Part shown: positions 58,878 through 64,000 of the stretch, one piece after another
How the letters are laid out: each line of letters starts with the position of its first letter
How positions within the stretch are numbered: position 1 is the first letter of the stretch
Source of the DNA: Spirochaetia bacterium
GTDB taxonomy: Bacteria; Spirochaetota; Spirochaetia; SZUA-6; Bin103
DNA: 64,000 nt
NCBI GenBank assembly: GCA_965203515.1
Contig: OZ241907.1
Coordinates: 2,784,001 to 2,848,000 of the forward strand
Direction of reading: 5' to 3'
Position numbers and translations under genes: made by a program
Notes under the pieces: model-generated
The model's database searches: none
What the model was told of the DNA's origin: nothing
The model's input: the letters and a program-made list of their open reading frames with translations, nothing else

Positions 58878-59789
58878 CTACTGCCGCGGCGCGCGCAACT
58901 CGTCCAGCTCCTGCAGGCTGCGCGGCCAGTCGCCCTTGAGCAGCCGCGACAGGGCGCGGTCCGCCAGCAGCTTGCCGCCGGTCTGGCACGCCGGGCAGTA
59001 GTTGCATTCGTTGGCGGCGTAGACGATGCGCTGCACGGGCGTGGCGCAACGCGGGCACGGTTGGCCGAACTTGCCGTGCACGGCCATCTCCGGGCGGAAC
59101 GCCGTGACCCGCTCCGGGAAGCGTTCACCGGCCTGTTCGCGCAGCCGCCCGATCCAGAGGGTGAGCACCCGCCGCGCCGACGCATGCAGCCGCGCCGTCT
59201 CCTGCTCGGTGAGGCGGCTGGTCCACTTCAGCGGCGACAGCCGCGCGTCGTGCAGTATCTCGTCCGAATAGGCGTTGCCGATCCCGGAGCAGAGGCGCGG
59301 GTCGGTGAGCGCACGCTTGACGGTGTGATTCTCGGCCAGCAGCGCGCGGCGGAACGCCGGCCGGTCGGCGGCGAGCACGTCGATGCCGCCGCGGTCGAGC
59401 GCCCGCAGCGCCGGCGCGCCGCGCAGCAGGTGCAGGGCGGCGCGGCGCCTGGCCCCCTGCTCGGTCAGGATCAGGGTCCCGGCGTCGAAGCGAAACGCGG
59501 CCAGCCCCACGCGGCGCGGGATCGGCGCGGCGGACGCTCCCTCCTTCCAGCGAAGGCGTCCGGCGATCATCAAGTGGAGTACCAGATGCAGGTCCCCCTC
59601 CAGGCCGAAGGCGATGCGCTTGCCGACCAGGCCGATCGACTCGACGCGCGCGTCTTCGGCCGCCGCCAGCGGCGGATCGCTGGTCTTCAGCAGGTTGGGG
59701 CTGGCCACCGTAATCCGCCGCAGCCGCTCGCCCGCCACGCGCCGCGCCAGATGGTCGCGGTACAGGACCAGATCCGGCAGTTCCGGCAT
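58878..59789 (-). CDS. Fpg/Nei-family DNA glycosylase
   Basis: MPELPD, GKR, HLMIAG, SGIGNAYSDEIL, CPRC...CPACQ zinc finger. Confidence 0.94.
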   Translation of the reverse strand: MPELPDLVLYRDHLARRVAGERLRRITVASPNLLKTSDPPLAAAEDARVESIGLVGKRIAFGLEGDLHLVLHLMIAGRLRWKEGASAAPIPRRVGLAAFRFDAGTLILTEQGARRRAALHLLRGAPALRALDRGGIDVLAADRPAFRRALLAENHTVKRALTDPRLCSGIGNAYSDEILHDARLSPLKWTSRLTEQETARLHASARRVLTLWIGRLREQAGERFPERVTAFRPEMAVHGKFGQPCPRCATPVQRIVYAANECNYCPACQTGGKLLADRALSRLLKGDWPRSLQELDELRAPRQ

Positions 59790-59798
59790 CGGCCGCCG

Positions 59799-60128
59799 TC
59801 AGGCGATGAGATCGTAGACCGTCATCAGGATGCCGAGTAACACGAAGCCGCCGCCGACCAGCCACTGCATTCCGCTGAAACGCTTGTTCATATCCTCGAA
59901 ACGGACGTCGATCGCCGTGAAGCGGGCCTCCATCAGCTCGCGTTGCGCCTTGAGCTCCTGTCGCTGGACGACCAACTCCTGCTCGATCCGCTCCATGCGC
60001 GCCAGGATCTGCGGAACGGCTACCACCTGCGGCGCTACCTCCACGAGCCAGCCGTGCAGGTTGACCTTCACGTAGTCGCCGATGCGGCGCAGATCGGATG
60101 CGTCGAGCGCCATGCGTGCCTCATTCAT
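59799..60128 (-). CDS. Small coiled-coil protein with C-terminal membrane anchor (DUF1640/Bdr-like); start may be 60113
   Basis: Coiled coil MEARFTAIDVRFEDMNKRF followed by a hydrophobic tail. Confidence 0.65.
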   Translation of the reverse strand: MNEARMALDASDLRRIGDYVKVNLHGWLVEVAPQVVAVPQILARMERIEQELVVQRQELKAQRELMEARFTAIDVRFEDMNKRFSGMQWLVGGGFVLLGILMTVYDLIA

Positions 60129-60226
60129 ACCATACCCTCACACCGAGGCAATGCGAACGCCGGCCGCCGCGCTTCAATCCCGGCGCGCGCCTTTCGGCAG
60201 AGCGCGCGCGGGCGTATGCTCCCCCC

Positions 60227-61270
60227 ATGAAAGCGGTTCTGTTCGAGAAGCCGTGGTCGATGCTGCTGGTCGACCTGCCGCAGCCGCGGCCGCGCGCCGG
60301 CGAGGTATTGCTGGCGGTCGAGGCGGTCGGCATCTGCGGCAGCGACGTCCACGGCTTCACCGGCGAGAGCGGCCGGCGCGCCCCGGACATGGTGATGGGT
60401 CACGAGGTGGGCGCCCGCGTCGCGGCGCTGGGGCCCGGCGCGGAGGGGCCGCCGGTCGGCACGCCGGTCGCCCTGTACAACGTGATCGCCGGCCACGCGC
60501 CGAGCCCGGCGGAAGGCGATCCCAGCTTCCTGAACAAGCAGGTGATCGGCGTCAATCTGGCGCATCGCGGCGCCATGGCCGAGTACGTCGCCGTGCCCGC
60601 CGGCAACGCCATCCCCATCGCGCCCGGGGTCGGGTCCGATGTCGCCGCGTTGGCCGAGCCGGTGGCGGTGGCGGGCCACGCCTTCGACCGCCTGGCCGCG
60701 CACGGCCGCGAGCCGGGGCGGCTGGCCATCCTGGGCGCCGGCACCATCGGCCTGTGCGCCGCCATGACCGGCCGCCGACGCGGCTTCTCACCGATCGTGG
60801 TGCTGGACACGGCGGCGGCCAAGGCGGCGTCCGCCGCCGGCTTCGATGCGATCCCGTACCATCTGCAGGCGGGCGAGGAGCCGGCGGCTACCGCGCAGGC
60901 GGTGGAAGCGGCGCTGGGCGGGCGTCCGTCGGCGGTCGTCGATGCGGTCGGCACCGGCCCGTCGTTCGATCTGGCCTTTCAGCTCTGCCGGCCGGACGCG
61001 GCGCTGCTGGCGATCGGCAACCTGGCCAGGGAGGTGCGCCTGCCGCTGCAGGACATGGTCTCCGACGAGGTGTCGGTGATCGGCAGCTACGGGTTCGACC
61101 GTTCCGCCTTCCAGGCGAGCGTGGACGTCCTGCCGGAGCTGGCCGACCGGCTGGGCACGTTCATCGAGGCCCGCTGCACACTGGACGAGGTGCCGGCGGT
61201 GATGGCCGCGCTGGCGCGCGGCGCGCGGCAGGAACGGAAGGTTATCATCGACGTGGTGCGGGAGGAGTGA
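60227..61270 (+). CDS. Zn-dependent alcohol/polyol dehydrogenase (MDR)
   Basis: GICGSD, MGHE, ALAEP, ILGAGTIG. Confidence 0.9.
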   Translation: MKAVLFEKPWSMLLVDLPQPRPRAGEVLLAVEAVGICGSDVHGFTGESGRRAPDMVMGHEVGARVAALGPGAEGPPVGTPVALYNVIAGHAPSPAEGDPSFLNKQVIGVNLAHRGAMAEYVAVPAGNAIPIAPGVGSDVAALAEPVAVAGHAFDRLAAHGREPGRLAILGAGTIGLCAAMTGRRRGFSPIVVLDTAAAKAASAAGFDAIPYHLQAGEEPAATAQAVEAALGGRPSAVVDAVGTGPSFDLAFQLCRPDAALLAIGNLAREVRLPLQDMVSDEVSVIGSYGFDRSAFQASVDVLPELADRLGTFIEARCTLDEVPAVMAALARGARQERKVIIDVVREE

Positions 61271-61275
61271 GGAAC

Positions 61276-62214
61276 ATGGACGATCTACGCGTAGCTTTGA
61301 TCGGATGCGGCGGCCGCGGGCGCGGCCACGCGCGCCACTTTGCCGCGATCGACGGCGCCGCGATGGCGGCGGTGTGCGATCCGGACGCGGCGCGGCGCGG
61401 CGCGGCGGCTGCCGAGCTGGGCGGCGTCGCTGCCTACGCGGAGCCGGAGCGGATGCTGGCAGCCGAGTCCCCGGACGCGGTGGTGATCGCCGTGCCGCCG
61501 GAGTTCAACGCCCCGGTGGCGCAGGTCTGCCTGGAGGCGGGCGTCGCTACCCTGTTGGAAAAGCCGCCGGGGCTGCGCGTCGCGGAGACTCGCCGCCTGC
61601 TGGAGGCGGCCGAGCGCTCGGGCGCCCGCTGCATGGTCGGCCTCAACCGCCGCTTCAACCCGGTGATCGGCGAGGCGGCGCGGCTGGTGCGGGAACGCGG
61701 CCCGCTCACCACGATCGTCGGCGAGTTCCACAAGAACCTCGTCGATATCGAGCGACGCGGCATCCTGAAGTCTCCGGTGCTGGCACGGTTCTTCTACGAG
61801 ACGCCGCTGCATGCGCTGGACTGCGTGCGCGCCCTGGCCGACTCGCCGGTGGCCGAGGTGCACGGCTTCTCCGGGAGCTTCTTCTCGCAGTACCGCGACG
61901 TCTACGGGGCGCTCATCCTGTTCGAGAGCGGCTGCGTGGCGCATCTGATCGCCAACGTCACCGCCGGCGCGCGGCTGGAGCGCTACGAGCTGCACGGCCG
62001 CGGGGCTTCCGCCTATCTGGAGGGCGTCCGCGGCGGGAACGTGGTGATCGACGGGCAGGTGACCGAGCTGGCCACTACCGGCGACCGCAGCACGGCCGAC
62101 CAGAACCGCTATTTCATCGATCGCCTGCGCGACCGCCGCCCGTTCGGCCCGCCCGCCTGCGACCTGCGCGAGGCGGTGATCAGCATGGAGCTGGTAGAGA
62201 AGCTGTTCGGCTGA
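61276..62214 (+). CDS. Gfo/Idh/MocA oxidoreductase
   Basis: ALIGCGGRG, LLEKPP, GLNRRF, HALD; SD GAGGA. Confidence 0.92.
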   Translation: MDDLRVALIGCGGRGRGHARHFAAIDGAAMAAVCDPDAARRGAAAAELGGVAAYAEPERMLAAESPDAVVIAVPPEFNAPVAQVCLEAGVATLLEKPPGLRVAETRRLLEAAERSGARCMVGLNRRFNPVIGEAARLVRERGPLTTIVGEFHKNLVDIERRGILKSPVLARFFYETPLHALDCVRALADSPVAEVHGFSGSFFSQYRDVYGALILFESGCVAHLIANVTAGARLERYELHGRGASAYLEGVRGGNVVIDGQVTELATTGDRSTADQNRYFIDRLRDRRPFGPPACDLREAVISMELVEKLFG

Positions 62215-62240
62215 AAGACGGACCGGCCCGCGGCCTGCCG

Positions 62241-63119
62241 CTACGCGAAATGTTCGGGAGGTTGAGCGCGCAGCCCCGAATCGGCGACCCGGTACAACTC
62301 GCCTCCAAAGAAGGTGACGTACAGGTCGGTGAGATCGGCGCCGCCGAAAGTGCAGTTCGTGGGGCGGTCGGCCGGCGTCCGATGGGCGGCGACCGGCAGG
62401 CCCTTGGCGTCGAAGACGTAGACCGCCGGCCCCGGACCGCGCTCGCGATGGCCGGCGGTGGCCACGATCAGCCCGCCCGCCGCCCGGCACATGCCGTCCA
62501 CGCCGCGGCCGGCACCGAAGTCGTGCAGCAGCGTATAGTCGCCCAGGCTGCCGTCCGTGCGGATCGGATAGGCGCGCAACTGCCGGCGCTGATCGAGCCG
62601 CCGCGGACTTTCGGCCACGTACAGGACCGACTGATCGGCCGACAACAGCACGCCGTTGGGGCGGTTGGTGTTTGTGGTGACCTCCGTGACGGTCCATCCC
62701 GAGGCGGCGGGATCGGCGCGGTAGACCGACTCGCGCGGCTGCGCGCGGGGCCGCTCCCCGTAATTGGGATCGCTGAACCAGATGCGGCCGGCGGCGTCGA
62801 CCGCCAGGTCGTTCGGCTCGTTGAAGGGCGCCCCGGCATACGAATCGGCGATCACCTCGGTCGGCTGGCCGGCCGCGTAGCGCACCACCCGCCGCGCCCG
62901 GCCCTCGCAGGCGTAGTAGCGGCCGGCGGCGTCGAAGGTCGTGCCGTTGGCGCCGCCGGTCGACTCCCGCCAGACCTCGCGCCTGCCGTCGGCCGGCGTG
63001 TAGCGCCAGACTCGGTCCGCGTCGATCTCCGTGTAGCGCAGCCCTTCACCGTCCCAGGCCGGCCCCTCGGTGATCACCGAGTGCTCGGCGATCGGTTCCC
63101 ACGTCCACGTGTCCCCCAT
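62241..63119 (-). CDS. SMP-30/gluconolactonase family protein
   Basis: TEGPAW, GANG, FNEPNDL, RPNGV, DGM, PTNCTFGG. Confidence 0.92.
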   Translation of the reverse strand: MGDTWTWEPIAEHSVITEGPAWDGEGLRYTEIDADRVWRYTPADGRREVWRESTGGANGTTFDAAGRYYACEGRARRVVRYAAGQPTEVIADSYAGAPFNEPNDLAVDAAGRIWFSDPNYGERPRAQPRESVYRADPAASGWTVTEVTTNTNRPNGVLLSADQSVLYVAESPRRLDQRRQLRAYPIRTDGSLGDYTLLHDFGAGRGVDGMCRAAGGLIVATAGHRERGPGPAVYVFDAKGLPVAAHRTPADRPTNCTFGGADLTDLYVTFFGGELYRVADSGLRAQPPEHFA

Positions 63120-63143
63120 CGCGCCGGATGATAGCATGCTCCG

Positions 63144-64000
63144 GTGTCGAAGAAGCGGGTCGATCTGGCGTACGGGCGCGACGGGCTCACCATCGCGGTG
63201 CCGGACCGCGCGGAGGTGGTGCTGCCCCGTCCGGTCGCCGGGGTCGCCGACGAGCCGGCGGCGATCGACGCCGCTCTGTCCGCGCCGATCGGCGCGCCGC
63301 CGCTGGCCGATCTGGCGGCCGGCACGCGGCGCGTGGTGGTGACTCACTCCGACATCACCCGCGCCACGCCCAACGACCGCATCCTGCCGGTGTTGCTGCG
63401 GGCGCTCGAAGCGGCGGGGGTGGCGCGCCGGGACATCACGCTGCTCAACGCCCTGGGCACCCACCGCCGGCAGACGGCGCAGGAGCTGCGGCGGATGCTG
63501 GGCGCGGGCGTGGTCGAGCGCTACCGGTGCGAGCAGCACGACGCCTGGGACGACACAGCGCTGGTCGCGGCCGGTACCACCAGCCGCGGCAACGCCGTCC
63601 GGCTCAACCGCGCGGTGATGGAGGCGGACCTGGTGATCTTCACCGGCTTCATCGAGCCGCACTTCTTCGCCGGCTTCTCCGGCGGTCCCAAGGGCGCATT
63701 GCCGGCCCTGGCCGGCAGCGAGAGCGTGTTGACCAACCACGGCTACGCCATGATCGGCGACCCGCGCGCCACCTGGGGGATCACGGAAGGCAATCCGATC
63801 TGGGAAGAGATGCGGGAGGCGGCGGCGCTGATCGAGCCGCTGTTCCTGCTCAACGTGACCCTGAACGCGCAGGGGCGGATCACCGGCGTGTTCGCCGGCG
63901 ACGTGGTGGCCGCGCACCGGCGCGGCTGCGACTTCGTGCGCGAGAGCGCCATGGCGGCGGTGGACGAGCCGTTCGACGCGGTGGTCACCACCAACAGCGG
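63144..64000 (+). CDS. larA: Nickel-pincer lactate racemase LarA family (3' truncated; absent from the ORF track)
   Basis: Own translation from GTG 63144: LAYGRDG, SDITRATP, ALGTHR, EPHFFAGFSGGPK, GNPI. Confidence 0.9.
   Translation, partial: MSKKRVDLAYGRDGLTIAVPDRAEVVLPRPVAGVADEPAAIDAALSAPIGAPPLADLAAGTRRVVVTHSDITRATPNDRILPVLLRALEAAGVARRDITLLNALGTHRRQTAQELRRMLGAGVVERYRCEQHDAWDDTALVAAGTTSRGNAVRLNRAVMEADLVIFTGFIEPHFFAGFSGGPKGALPALAGSESVLTNHGYAMIGDPRATWGITEGNPIWEEMREAAALIEPLFLLNVTLNAQGRITGVFAGDVVAAHRRGCDFVRESAMAAVDEPFDAVVTTNS

Noticed and set aside
60082..62214. 710-aa ORF
   Set aside because: Only the part from ATG 61276 is Gfo/Idh/MocA; the rest overlaps the MDR gene out of frame

Overview
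High-GC bacterial chromosomal window with about 60 CDSs, two tRNAs (Ala-CGC, Leu-CAG) and an FMN riboswitch. The gene order ymdB-lptC-lptA-lptB-rpoN-hprK-ptsH-lexA-holA and the style of the solute-binding protein suggest a Spirochaetota-like organism (inference). Housekeeping genes: phoB/phoR-like pair, gltA, dcd, uvrC, hisD, hisS, hpt, Fpg/Nei glycosylase and a riboflavin operon. Also present are sugar-acid catabolic enzymes and several ABC systems. There are two defence islets: darT-darG followed by a frameshifted HsdR C-terminus fused to a LexA-like S24 domain, and an RloA/RloB (AbiL-like) pair beside tRNA-Leu. Most notable observations: the HsdR-S24 fusion next to DarTG; an FMN riboswitch with a hairpin inserted in L2, heading an operon with a RibE-RibB fusion (catalytic Glu changed to Pro), no ribA, and coupled SDR and DtxR genes; a COG3014-LpoB-like-DUF6844-like-CsgG envelope operon; a KamA enzyme with an altered substrate residue; repeated -10 boxes 6-8 nt before start codons (leaderless architecture); a split lptA; and many short in-frame tandem duplications. 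All calls come from motif recognition by eye. No searches were run.
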